Shown here: in pieces, positions 23,291 through 36,428 of the stretch | Position numbering within the stretch: position 1 is the stretch's first letter | Layout of the letters: every line of letters starts with the position of its first letter | DNA from: Mytilus californianus | Taxonomy: Eukaryota | Direction: 5' to 3' | Assembly: GCF_021869535.1 (NCBI RefSeq) | Contig: NW_026262604.1 | Coordinates: forward strand, 1,922,001 to 1,986,000 | Length of the DNA: 64,000 nucleotides | Translations under genes and position numbers: made by a program | Notes under the pieces: generated by a model | Told to the model about the DNA's origin: nothing | Databases searched by the model: none | Seen by the model: only the letters and a program-made list of their open reading frames with translations

Positions 23291-25617
23291 CACTAGTAAC
23301 TGTTTTCTCTACTGAAACGGTCATTATAAACTGAACGACTCTTAAATGTCTGAATTCATCGCAAGAAAAATGTCAAGATCTTTTTCAGTCGTTCAGTACA
23401 TGTTCAGTGCACTGGCTACCGCGAGCGATCAAGTATCGGACAGTACTGGTTCAGGTAATTAAGAAACGACCACTAGCAGTTAATTAAGTACCGTTAAGAG
23501 CGTGTTTGTACAAATCAGTACATCGATAGATTAAACGTCTAGTACCGTTCAGTGCAATAGAACAATACAGGGATTGCTTCCCTTTGACAAGCAGAGGGTC
23601 TTAAAAGAAATCGAAATAAAATTATTTATAAGATAATAACAATGAATGTTTAAATAAACAAATAAATATATGTATAAATATATGTTTACATGGTGTATGT
23701 GTTCCGTGATTATTACTGTAGTAAAACAATGATTTGTATAGAAACTTACTTTACAATCTTTGATATAAATAGCAAGAGTGAAAATTATTGATAAATTATT
23801 TTTTTATTGAAATAACAAAAATCAAATCGACTTTCTATGTTAAGAATGAAAGACTTTCGTATTCGGCGTTGGTCATTCGTTACGGTTATAATGATGAAGA
23901 GTCCCGATAGCTTCCGAAAATACCCACGCTATTAATTCTCGCCATTTGTCATTTAATAATATTTACATACAATAGTCTGATAGCATTTCAAGAAGTAACG
24001 TAAGTACATTTCTTTGAAGATATGTTAACTATCTTTAGTTAAAAATAGTCCTGAGCTGTACAAGAATGTTTGTTTGCAAAATAATACCGACAAACATCTA
24101 CCAAGCATTTTCATCAAAGAAGGAGGAGGTGTATACAGCTGTTTAGAAATCAACACCCTTAGTTTTTTTAAACATAAGCATCGAAATATTTGCCTTATAT
24201 TTGTAAAATCATACAATTTCTAAAATCTCTTCGCTAGTACACAAGTGTAAATTTTGTGAAAACTGCAGTGGCAACTTTAGATGTCTATTAATGGACTATT
24301 GATCCATGTATAAACTATGATGATGGCTTTGTTGCTTTTATATTAATCAAACAATATTGTGTACCACACTATCATGTACTGGGGCTTATCGTCTGCACTT
24401 AAGCCTTTGGCTAAGGAAACAAGCACACTATTATTTTCTTCTCTTGTTTAGTTAGAGACCATTCATCATGTTGTATGTGGGCAGTATTTGGAAGAAGAAG
24501 AGACAAAAGTATCGGGCACTATGTTCTGTGTGATAGATGTAGTAAAACACTTTTTGTCCTAAAACACGCTATATTGCTTCAAGTGACTTATTTCAAGAAG
24601 TACCGTGCAATGTTTTGGTGTGAAGTCATAACATGTTAATTATACAAATGCAATATTAACTTCAGTGACTTCCTTGCAAATGTCTGATAAAAAACTTTGC
24701 TACATGTATTAATAATTTCCCAATATGACATGACTACATATATTTCTGTTTGCAAACTCGCCAGTTAGCTATAGAGATCCTCCAAAACATACGTTCTAGA
24801 TTTATTTACAAATTTGAAACATTTCTAATAGGGTCTGACAAACATGATAGCTTTACCTTAATTACTGATGCTAACAGTAACTTCTCTATTCATTTGAAAT
24901 GATCATTCTATTCTGATTAAATGTATATTTGACTTTTTTGTTAAGTTATATCATTTTTCACTTTCCTTCCGGAGTCATTAGAGAAAATATATTTATGCAG
25001 TTTTGCAGATATTAGTTGAAAATGAAATACCGATTAGTGAGTGAGTGTGCAAAAAATAAATTGTTTTATATATTTTATCTAAAATGAAATGGTTTTCAAC
25101 CAATTAACAAACTTTCATTTTTGGTACAATTTATAGTTGTTGCTTTGCAGTGGGGTATAGGTTTTTGGTTAGGCGATGTTATATGCTACAATGTCATATT
25201 TATAGATCGCAAGAAACATGAAATTTTATTAACGATCGCGATCAATAGCCATCTACATCTCCCCTGTATTTCTTACCTGATTTTACTATAAGAGTGTTAT
25301 ACTATCGATTCAATGATTTATATAGGATTCAATCCTAACTGGCACTGAACAGTACTGAAAATTCCCAGACAACTATTTCATCGATGTACTGATTTGTACG
25401 AAAACGTTCTTGACGCTACTGGATCGAATGCAATGCGTTTTCTCTTAATTACCTGAGTCAGTACTGAACTGTACTGGATTTCCCGCGCGGATCAGGGTAC
25501 TGAACAGGTCCTGAATAACTGAAAAAGATCTTGACATTTTTCCTTGCGGTTAATTCAGGCAATTAAGAGTTGTTCAGTTTAAAATGACCGTTTCAGTATG
25601 AAAAACAGTTACTAGTG
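23291..25617. mobile_element. non-autonomous CACTA (EnSpm/CMC) DNA transposon, 2327 bp
   Basis: Termini CACTAGTAACTGTTT...AAACAGTTACTAGTG; ~270-bp imperfect TIRs; 3-bp TSD GGT (23288-23290, 25618-25620); empty site TTTGGGTTCTTG at ~54733. Confidence 0.9.
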
Positions 25618-25688
25618 GGTTCATGTTGCTTAATCGTAAGTTTTTTTTCTATTTGAATATTTTTGTCTTTTCGTTATTTATCTTTGTG

Positions 25689-25963
25689 GTCATGGTGATG
25701 AAGCCTTTTATTGATTTTTGATTGGCCAGTCATGGTGATGAAGCCTTTTATTGATTTTTGATTGGCCAGTCATGGTGATGAAGCCTTTTATTGATTTTTG
25801 ATTGGCCATTGATTTCTTGTTTCTTTTTCGTTATCTATCTTTTCGGTCATGGTGATGAAGCCTTTTTATTGATTTTTGATTGGCCATTGATTTCTTGTTT
25901 CTTTTTCGTTTTTTATCTTTTTAGTCATGGTGATGAAGCCTTTTATTGATTTTTGATTGGCCA
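25689..25963. repeat. 40-bp tandem repeat (3 contiguous + 2 spaced copies)
   Basis: GTCATGGTGATGAAGCCTTTTATTGATTTTTGATTGGCCA; only one unit at the paralogous site ~54808. Confidence 0.9.
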
Positions 25964-26159
25964 TTGAATTCTTTTCTAATCAATATGTTTTAGTTTTTTA
26001 CAGTTATACCTGATTGTTTTACTATATGTTAAAACTTTAGTATTACAAATCCTTTTCTGATTATGATTTATCACTGTTTCTTATACTCGATATCTGTCAC
26101 AAGTGACGAAGGAACTGCTTACCCTTTAAGAATAACCGAGATCAAAGAATTTTATATAT

Positions 26160-26676
26160 ACAGAATATATTTTCAGCCTTGTTTCACCATCACTGCTGGT
26201 GATCCGATGGATTCAATCTGTTGTAGAGTCGTCATTGGTTCAGACGTACTTATAATATAATTATTTCTGTGACTGCATCTTACATTAATTTGTAGGATCC
26301 TTTACAATAGATAATTCAGCTGATCTGTAACAATTCCATCATCATGACTTATATATCATGTACTGTGTTACGACGCTAGATATAAACTGACGAGGAAAGG
26401 TAACACCCGGCCACCGAAAGCTTTATTATTATAGAGCCTAGGTGGTCGAGTGGTCTAGCACGTCGGGCATAGTGCAAGGCGATTTGGTGCCACGATATCT
26501 CAGTAGCATGAGTTCGAATCCCGGACAGGGAAGAACAACAAAAATTAAACATTGTTGGGCTGTTGTTTAGACGAATTATATACACAGAATGTATTTTCAG
26601 CCATGTATCAACATCACTGCTGGTTATCCGATGGATAAAATCTGTTGTAGAGTCGTCACTGGTTCAGACGTACTTA
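26160..26676 (+). mobile_element. 1.2 units of a 424-bp element with an internal tRNA-like Pol III head, inserted at a TA tract
   Basis: 26160-26252 is repeated at 26584-26676; A-box TGGTCGAGTGG (26443) and B-box GAGTTCGAATCC (26510); TA runs on both sides; absent from the paralogous site ~55365. Confidence 0.7.
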
Positions 26677-26699
26677 TATATATATATATAAATATATAC

Positions 26700-26978
26700 A
26701 AGTCTAAATTGAAACAACGTTCAAATCTGTGATTGCGTTGGATAAAAACCGCAATTTGTATACGTGTGCATGCAAAACAAATGTCTTGGTAGAGGGGTCT
26801 AAATACAGCACAAACAACATTTTCCAAAAGACCAAATGAGTGAAAAAGTATATTTTAACAAATGAATACGCATTTGACTAGCAAGTCGAACAACGGATGT
26901 TCTTAAACCCTGCCTACTGCCATTGTCGATTGTCAAATAAACGGATCAAAAGATGTAACAAAATAGATCTCATTATTA
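26700..26978 (-). mobile_element. 5'-truncated fragment of the 540-bp hammerhead element, between (TA)n tracts
   Basis: AAGTCTAAATTG...GTAGAGGGGTCTAAATACAGCACA...TTCTTAAACCCTGC matches the 44107 array; same terminus next to (TA)n. Confidence 0.85.
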
Positions 26979-28559
26979 ATATATATATATATTCTGTTTA
27001 GGTTTATTGTTCTAAACGAACTTTTAGTACTAGTATGTAAAAACTCAAGTGGTTTTAATAATGGAGGAGATTTTATCACAATGTTGTTTTTAAAGATTTT
27101 CTAAAAATATGTGTATGAAAGTCTACTTGTTCTTTAATATGTTTATAATATTTATCGATCTCTTATTTGATACCGAAAATCCGTTCTTAGAAAAAAAGAT
27201 GTGTGATATGCAGGCAGTTATTCTAAATGTCATATGGTGTAAATACATATTGTAGTGAAATAATCAAAATCGTGTTATTTCTAAATTGATCGAGTTTACA
27301 TGGTTATAGAGTTAGATAAAATACATTCAGTGGATACGAACTGTCAAAATTCACACGAACACGTGTACTTCGGTAATGGCATGAATATTCGGACGTTGCT
27401 TTTTTGTATCACAACGATTTTATTCATTTTCGCCCTTTCTTGTAAAGATGGTTTCAAGTTTATCCTAAACACTAACTTATACTAGTAAATTCATACATTA
27501 TACATACACTCCGTTTGAATACATTGAGAATAAATTAGATGTTACTGAATAAAAACCTTAGTTAGAAAATCTTCAATCATACGTTGTTTATTGGAATTAG
27601 ATTTAGAGATTTTTTAAACGGATTTACACACAAATTAATTTCACGTTTAATATTTCCAACGTTAATTATTTTCCTACCTTTGTATTGATATTTTCACAAT
27701 ATCTTTACCCTTAGTCTATGTCTCACTCTTTCCAATATATATTCATCCGAGATATTCTCATTTTTTTTTAAGAATTATATTCATACCTATTTTCAAACCT
27801 TGATAAAATGTGTCGTGAAATAAACAGCCGATCTGTTCACATCTTTTCAGAATAGATACATATTTGTATTTTTCACTTCGTCAATTATGTTATACATAGT
27901 GCGACTGATAATTTAGATTGCGTAAATTAGATATAATTTCATCTTCATTGTATAAACCTACATCAAATCAATATTTACAAGATGTTAACATATCAAATAA
28001 ATTACCACCATTAATTCATATGTAAAATTCATAAAAAAAATGTATTATTGACTTGACATCTTTCATGAATGTAGTGTAGAAATTATCAACCGATCTATGC
28101 ATAGATATTTCAGAATTGATAAAAAAAACTGTATTTATAATTATTTTAATTAAATAATATTAATAATGTGTTCATGGATACTTCTTTTGTAAAGCTTAAG
28201 AAAAATATGATATTACGTCAACATTTACAACATGTTTACATGTTAAACAAGATACCTTTTTAAATTGGTCCTTACACTGTATCATCTATTATTTCTAAAA
28301 ACAAATGACAAAAACATATTTGTATAATTGCCTCGAAATTCTCAGCATACCTTATAGAGCGGTAAATACGTTTCACTTAAATATCGAAATGTTTACACAA
28401 CATTTATTTTAAATCATTTTTAAAATAATCATAACCTTTAGATGTATTTACCTTTCAGTTAAATGCAAAATCCCTCCTCACATAACCAAAGATATATTTG
28501 ATGACCCAATGAACAATTTTCATTGAATAACTGGAAAGGATAAGGCATAACTCCTTTAA

Positions 28560-29003
28560 AGATGTACTTAGGTGGAATGAAAAAAAAAACTAGAATTTAA
28601 AATTGATACTGTAAGTCAGAAGAACATTAGTTAAGGAACAAAATAAGCTAAAAATATTGATAGGTTATGAAGTTCCTTTTCGAGATATTTAATTTTTTAA
28701 AAATGGGGGGAAAGGCTGACTCAGCATTTTACCTTATATTTGCATTGGTATTATTTGGGTCTCAAATCGAAAGAAAAGAAATCAAGAATCTGCTTAAATT
28801 TTGGTAAATGGCCTTTTACAATGTTTTATTAGCTATTGAAGTCTTATGTGAAAAGACTTATTATGACTTTTGAACAGCGGTATACTACTGTTGCCTTTAC
28901 TAATTAGTGTTATGGGGCAAAATATTTTACCCTGTATCTTAGGAAACAAACCAAAGAGTCCGAACATCTGACAAAAATTCCTAAACCTGACCTAAGTACA
29001 TCC
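28560..29003. mobile_element. TTAA-flanked non-autonomous DNA transposon (Kolobok-like)
   Basis: TTAA|AGATGTACTTAGGT...ACCTAAGTACATCC|TTAA; same family as 54974-55335. Confidence 0.75.
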
Positions 29004-30139
29004 TTAAAACAGTAATTTGAAAACTCTTATATTGATAGATATATTTGCAGACAAAACAATTCATTTTTCATTTCCTTCACATTATTGTCTTGTTCGTCTA
29101 TACATCGACCGGTTTGCTTTTGACAAGTTTGTCAGCGCTTGTTTTTGGGCGGTAAACGAGGGTCTGGTTTGAGGTTTACAGAATAGGGAATAATGTGCAA
29201 CAAGTGCAGAAAACAGGGGAAAAATACACACAAAAAAAGTAGGCCAAAAAAAAAGTGAAGAAAAATTGAAAATAGAGAAAAATTGGCAGCTAAAATATAC
29301 AGAATAGAGACAAACTAAACAAAGAATGGAACAAAACGGTCTTCAAAACTAAAGAATAAAGAAACAAAGGACCTCCTTCCCCACCCCAAATCAAGAACCT
29401 CATATACAGGTTGATGAAAAAGGGTGTTCAAGCAGAGCATTATATTATTGTTGTATAGTTTTTGTTTCATTATATGGTCTTGTATGTCGGTGCTAAGGGC
29501 CGTCTTAAACTTGCAGTGAGGTGAGAGTTTTTTATTTGCTCCGGTTTGAAGGCATCACTTTGCTTATTTTGTGTTTTCTTGCTGTGCATGTACTGATTTT
29601 GTGTCATGGATGGATACCCCATATCCTTTGTTTTTCTATTGTATGTGTACTTTTCACAAGTCTTGATATTTTAGACGAACATAAATTGTTAGGTAAAATG
29701 ATTTTTAACAATGTGACACAGTCTGTGTTCCGTATAAATACATACATTGTATTCGTGTTGATTGACAAGATCACATAACACACATGAATAACTTATAGAC
29801 ACTATTTGTGCTATTAATGTAATAGGAGTTAATATTTTGCCGTTGACAATATCTTACATGTAGTACCTGTGCTTCAAATTTCTCGATATACGACTATATA
29901 AAACAAAAAAAACATAACTATAAATGCACAAATTAAGATAATTTAATAAACAAATAAAAAGTTAAAGGGCATTGGGAACACAAAATTCCGAATAAAGGTA
30001 TGGTAATCTATTCTGGGGGTAAACAAATCCTTTGTAATTCGAATAATTAAAGTTTTATTAACAGCAAATTTATGAATATAACCATATGAATAATAAATCA
30101 TGTCAACACAAAAGAGTTGACTACTGTGCTGTGAAACCC

Positions 30140-33100
30140 TTACGGAGGACGATTTCTGTCAGATGTAATAGATGTACTCGAATTAGGGTAAGGATTGCTA
30201 TCTGTTTTTGATAATGGATCTGCTACTTTCCCGCCTTTGTTCTCTCTGATCACATTGAAAATTTCCAAAAACAATTTGATAACTCGTTTGTTACAAACAA
30301 AACTTAGAAATATAAATAACCCTTGTAAACCTGTAAGTATTGTCACAACAAAAGAGAACAATGATAAAGGAACAAATGAATCTATTATTTGCCCGATCCA
30401 GGTAATTCCGGTTAGCGAGAAAAGTTTAATATATACAAAAAAGTCATGTTTAGTGTTAGCTGTGCTCTGAATGACAGGTCGATTGTAAATTTTGTAAGCC
30501 GTGAACCCAAATAACCATATATTGATAACACAGATGACAGCCACTGGACATATGAACGCAGCAAGCTTGGGAATATGACCAGAAATAAAGCAATTTATTT
30601 CACCATAACCAATCTTCGTTCCACCTGATAGAACAATATGAATGATTATATTAATAATAACTATAGAGAGAGGTGTCCCGAATGAATAGCATAAATATTT
30701 ACAAAATAGTTTGGTATTCTCAGACGAACTTGCAGTAGCTTTTAAAATGGTGAACACAGAATACATATGATATGAACAGACATTCATGCAGGCAAAAGTT
30801 GCCAACCAAAATACATGAAGGATGACGCCAATGGTTGCACAGACGAATAGACGATTTGTCCAAATTGTTCCGAATTGCAAACATGCTTGTGCAATGAAAA
30901 GGGATAGTATTAGACACATATTATTTTTGCCAGGCAATGTTCGTAGTAATGGAAAAAGACTGTAGGTAATAAATGTTAATAGCAGGCAAAACAGAGAAAC
31001 GCATGTACACACAATTGTCGTTATTTCTAGGGCATATTCTGTGGACGATTTTATAGACTTCTTCGACAAAAACGAAGAAAAATCATCAACACAAACCCTT
31101 ATTTTGTAATTTGAATCCATTAGAAATTTGTCTTTAGGAATTTTTATATTATGTTTAGTTATTAGTAAAGAAGACCCGTCTATATCAAACTGATCAAATT
31201 CCAATTCCAATTGCGGACAGAATATTTGCTTCTGAATATTTGTCGATGCATACCTCTCGTATTTTTCTAAATAGTCTCTATTTTCCTCAAATGTCCAACA
31301 GTGAGATTCATTTTTGAAATCATAATCCGCTAAAACAGAATTAAGTAGCTCAGGCAAAGATGAAGCTAAACGTATGTCAATGCTTCGTTTATCGCTGCTT
31401 TTCTGTGCTATGTTTAGAAGCGACTGTTCAAGGTCATTTCGATTAATATTTGATTTAATAAACAAATCAAATGCAACATAAGTTATCATCTTTGAATCCG
31501 ACGGACCTCCAAAGTTAAAAGACTTCGAGAATTGTTTATATTTAAGAATAAGTAGATTTGTTATGCCAACTGAATGATTTTTGACAATATCTTCTAACAA
31601 TCTTAATAAGATTTGTTCTGTTTCCTTCCATAGTCTTGTCTGATTTGTTATGAAGATGCCCAAGTTATATCGAATATTCCTTGCAATAGGGAACAAAGGA
31701 TCACATTTGTCATCTTTTAAATACCTTCCAGGAAAGCAGGTAACGTTGCGGCAGATATTCTGGAAAAAATAAAATTTAAAAAAATTAAAAATTAAAAAAA
31801 AAAATAATATGACAACCATAACACAAATGGTGCAATTTTTTGTTGAGGCCCCTCATGGGGATGTCCAATTATAATCACATAATCACAATTTTTTTGCCAA
31901 TATAATCACATAGTTATTAATTATTTTTTTAAACAAGATAATCAAATAATCAGAAATACAGTCCTAGATTATCAAATAATCAAATAATCATGAAATATTT
32001 GGTCTGGTTATCAAATAATCACTATAAAAACGGCCAAGTAATCATATAATCAAAAACCTCATGAGGAGGCTCATTGTTTGAGAGTGTAATACAAGAACAA
32101 AATTGTGATATCTCATGTGTTCTTGCAGTGATCACAAATCTGAATCATTAAATTTCATTAATATTTTTTCAATACTTTAATGATAATAACGTGTTTAACT
32201 TATTCTCAAACTAGTACTCAAAGATTGCATAGTTGACCTGAAATGGATTTATTTATTATTTTAAGGTCCTGTTTTATTTTATACCTCTTCAAATGTTTCG
32301 GTTCTCTTACATTCTAAGCTTTCAAATATTCAGTTTTAGTGCTGAAGGTATAAATCCAGAAAAGTTGTCGGACGCATTAAATTTATAAAGTGTTGTTATC
32401 ATTTTTTATTCCTCTTTGTTGATGATTTTAATCATAACAATTAATTATTCTATGTCGTAACATTCCAGCAGCCGGCATACGGAGTATATATCTCCAAGTT
32501 GATACGATATTCCAGGGCTTGTATTTCCTATCATGATTTCCTTGATAGAGGATTCTGCTCACATGGAAGCTATTAAACCAAGAGTTCCAAGTGTCGAAGT
32601 TGGAATCATCCCTTCGTGAATTTTACGGACGCCATCAAGAGTTGGCTGACCGTTACAGATTATCCGTTTCACAGATGATAGCGGAATGTTTCCAAATATC
32701 GTAACTACAATCCCGTCCCCTTTTCCCCGAATGTGACCTACCGATTTAGACTTATTACCGGGTTTGTACTAACATGATCAACACGACGGGGGCCACATGT
32801 GGAGCAGGATCTGCTTACCCTTTCGGAGCACCTGAGATCACCCCCAGTTTTTGGTTGGGTTGGTTCGTGTTGCTCAGTCTTTAGTTTTGTATGTTGTGTT
32901 TTGTGTACTATTGTTTGTCTGTTGGTCATTTTCATTTTTAGCCATGGCGTTGTCAGTTTATTTTCGACTTATTAGTTTAAATGTCCCTTTGGTATCTATC
33001 GCCTTTCTTTTATAATGAAATCTTTAAGTATCAATTTTTTACATGAGGTAACATGTACCGTCAAATTCATAATTACCATATTTTAAGCCGCCATATTGAA

Positions 33101-35914
33101 TTGTTGGAATCCACGTAAGTTCGATTAGTATAATACGATCGAAAATGCAACAACACCTACCTCAGAAATGCAGTTTTAATGAGATATTATCCAGATCTTA
33201 ATCTTACAAGTAATGAATTAACATTCAGTTTGTCATTTGTTGTGATTTTTACACCAAAATCATTCATCAAGTTTCGAAGATAATTATTTTATTAAACTTT
33301 GTACATTTTACAAGTTCGTATGTAATATTTCATTTTGTGATGCATTAGAATAGAAAAATAAACACAAACGGTAATTGAAAAGTTGACACAGTCTAATGGG
33401 ATTCGACGGTCGCTAAATCCCGTTTAAATATCTCCGCTATGTGTTGCCGAATATTCGACCGTCAAATTGACAGTTGACCGTGGCAACTTTTCCACTGCAG
33501 TACTTTTTTCCTTTATTTGATGAATATTTTATCTTGTCACATTATATTTAAACAATACTGAACCATTGATCAATTATTTGACTGAATGCAGAGATGTACA
33601 CGTATGTTATGACTACATAATAATTATACGAATAACTTACCTCAAAAAGGTCGAAAAACTGTCCATTAGTACAATGTTGAGCAGCAGGCCGTATCATATG
33701 TGTTTTGATTTCATCAATGCGAAACAGATTTCGGATTTTAACTCCTGGGATGTCTTTCGGAACAGCGCATCCTGGACCGAGACAAGCACAATTGTAAGGC
33801 TCAAAATCATATGGAAGACATGTACCAGTATCTGGCATGAATTCAATATCTATTTCTGGACGAAATTTCTTACGACAAGGGTGTTCATTGCACATATAAC
33901 AAAAATCATTTTTATACGGCAGATGCTTGACCACCTTTGGAAATACGCGACATCCAGTTGCTCTGTTTTCAGATATGATAGGACAGGAATCGGATATGCT
34001 ACAATTTGTTATCATTTCTTCATCAAAATAGGGAGGGTTGCAAATGGAACAAAACATATTCTTGAATAATTCATTATTAACATCGACCATCCTAAAATCC
34101 ACATAAGAAAACTGTTCGCATGCCCACTTAATATCCAAGTCAAGCTCTGGCCATAATCCGGAATTGTTACACTGGTGTATACTGTTCAGTTCCATTATCC
34201 CGTCATTATGACACGATATAGGGTGAACTATAGGATTTAAAAGGCTAATTCTACAATTATTTATCAACGCAATCCGTATTATCTCCGTTAAAGACAACGA
34301 TCGCGAAATATCAATATACGTCTGTTTACAAATGATATTTATAGCAAACATAGACCTATAATTATCACTGTTAAAAACATTATCGACATCGTCAACATCT
34401 GTAACTTGGTTGCAAATAAAGCAATGGACATTTTTGTATTGAATATTCATCAGTGTGTCTACTACGGGGAGAAATGAATAGATATCATTTGCATTCCATG
34501 CACACCTTTCTTTAAGTACTGTGGAATAAACATTTACAGAACACCTTCCTACCATAGCATAAATGCGTTCTCCAGTTTTCCCATAATATCCAAAATTTAT
34601 AACATTGCTGACACAAATAAATGGATTAGAAAGAGACAAATCTAAGCAAAGTGGTAAATCTCCGTTGTAAAATGAGGACAAATTACAACTACATGCTTTC
34701 ATTGTTGATTTAATTATGTTGAGAGCATGGGGCTGCAGTAGCGTGTCGTTGCATAATCCCGGAAGAAGAGGAGTATGTGCATATGCTTTTAGCAAAACCT
34801 GTGTAAAGTTTAACGTAAAACTCTTGTTTCCAATGGTAGTAGCAATGGTGTTGTTCATTTGTTCTTTCATATATTGTTTAAAACTCGGTAGGTTATAATT
34901 TTTAATATTTGTTAATTTATAAAAGTAAATTTTCCCTTTAGCGAAAAATGTTACAGCAGCCTCGGCATCTTGAAATGAACTGCTATTGGTGTTATTTCTA
35001 TTGCATAAGAAACAAAATACATTTATAAAAGAAAACTTGGTGTCTGTGTGTCGATAGAACTGACATGCTTTCTGAAGTCCTTTGTCATAAGGAGTCCAAA
35101 AACCAGTTACGTTGCAATCCCGAAAAGATTTATTATTTATTCGATCAATCGGATTACAGATGTAGCAAAATATGTTTTGAAAAACTTTGTATTTTAACAT
35201 ATATGTAGATTCGCACGCGAACTGAAGATCGGGATCAAATTTGTCCCACAAACCTGTCATATTACACTTGTTATAAGGAACTTCTTCATTTCGGGAACAG
35301 TTTCGTACATCACCGGGATAAGATTGGTACTTTATAACGCACTGTCTCGCCTTAGCATGGTCTAAAACCTGTTGGTGGGTAGATAAGTAATTAAAATCAG
35401 AAAACTGGTAACATGAAATATTCAAATCCCATTGGTAATATGTGGTTTCACCATGACAATATGCGCAGTGTTTATTGAGGTATGTCATATGTGTGATCTT
35501 AGACGTCACGTGAGGGGCTATTATACGTTTTAACATAGTATTGTTCGTTGTGCACAGTCTACTTTCTGTGTTATTGGACCCAAATGGACAACGTGTAACC
35601 ATTGGATATACTTCAGTGAAGTTGTATTGGGTTGAATCGAGAATCACGGATTCCACACAGGTTTGTTCAGGAAGTTTGAAAAATACATCCGGACAACAGT
35701 TTTCATTCAGAATGCATGTCAAATTACAAAAACATTCAGGACACAACTTTAGATATTTGTAAGAATTGTCTGGTATGTGTGAAGAGTCCACATAATCATG
35801 GTGGCACATATATTCTGGACCACACACACGAAGATAATGTTCTATGATATTGCTGTAATTGTACATCAACGCTGGTGTAAAGACCCAAAAGAACATTACA
35901 ATGAAACGCATCAT
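30140..35914 (-). CDS. Cys-rich adhesion/Methuselah-like class B GPCR, ~1297 aa, two coding exons (35914-33641 and 31759-30140)
   Basis: Signal-like N-terminus; SMB-like CFCNLTCILNENCCPD; three CNxxGxW...DxxxxxAC modules; donor GAG|GTAAGT after 33641 and acceptor TTTTTCCAG|AAT at 31759, both phase 0; seven hydrophobic helices with 7tm_2-like motifs (LRTLPGKN, FW..F..M, LQGLFIF). No GPS motif before TM1. Confidence 0.85.
31844..32073. mobile_element. 230-bp MITE with ATAATCA subrepeats in the receptor intron
   Basis: TGAGG...CTCA termini; 4-bp TSD TTGT; empty site at ~59050 (CAATTTATTGTTTGACAG). A truncated sibling lies at 56437-56598. Confidence 0.75.
32453..33011 (+). mobile_element. 3' fragment of a Penelope-like retroelement (RT thumb + 3' repeat)
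   Basis: Frameshifted NIPAA.AYGVYISKLIRYSRACISYHDFLDRG...FYGRHQELADRY; absent from the paralogous intron ~59405. Confidence 0.6.
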
Positions 35915-36240
35915 GAGAGCTGCTATAGATTTCCTGATAATTCCACAGAAAGGATGTCAATCTGAAAGTTTAATATGATAGGAATCCTCTTTTAGATTCT
36001 CAACTGCTGACAACAACTTTGTCCAAAACAAAATAATTAAACATCTGGAAAGAGAAAAATCGTTTTGAATTAATAGATGTACATTTTCACTGTACTTTTC
36101 AATAAAACAGGTTTATACATATATTTGGATTGTTAAAACATTTTCAAAACATAATATATGCGATGAATAATGTAATGTGTCAGAGTACAAATATGTAAAA
36201 GGATCGCTAAAAACGGATTGTGTCGGTCTATTTCTTTAAG

Positions 36241-36428
36241 ATTGATTGATTGATTGATGTTTAACGCCACTTTCAGAACTATAGACTATTTTGTGGCGGT
36301 CAGTTTTAATTGGTGACGGGCGATGGAGTGCCCGGATGAAACCACTGACTTTCGACAGGAAAACTGATAATCCTAGTCAATTAAGATGAAGTCAAACGCA
36401 CCTGTCATCTGCAGGGTTCGAACTCACT
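36241..36428 (-). mobile_element. V-domain-type SINE, shared with copy 2 (63665-63830), so it predates the duplication
   Basis: Minus strand GAGTTCGAACCC B-box, GGTTTCATCCGGGCACTCC V-like tract, (CAAT)n tail; orthologous position in both duplicates. Confidence 0.6.

Noticed and set aside
25689-25963. CRISPR-like repeat-spacer pattern
   Set aside because: Spacers are copies of each other or absent, no cas genes, eukaryotic context.
26436-26528. tRNA gene
   Set aside because: A/B boxes are present but it is ~92 nt with a poor acceptor/anticodon stem and is embedded in a repeat unit.
31760-31819. N-terminal MVVILFFFLIF of ORF 30140-31819 and C-terminal VSYSYNY... of ORF 33548-35914
   Set aside because: Intronic read-through beyond the splice sites at 31759 and 33641.
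33566-35762. Antisense ORFs over the receptor (also 30195-30470, 57470-57673, 60068-60298, 61947-62401)
   Set aside because: Shadow ORFs opposite a real coding strand.
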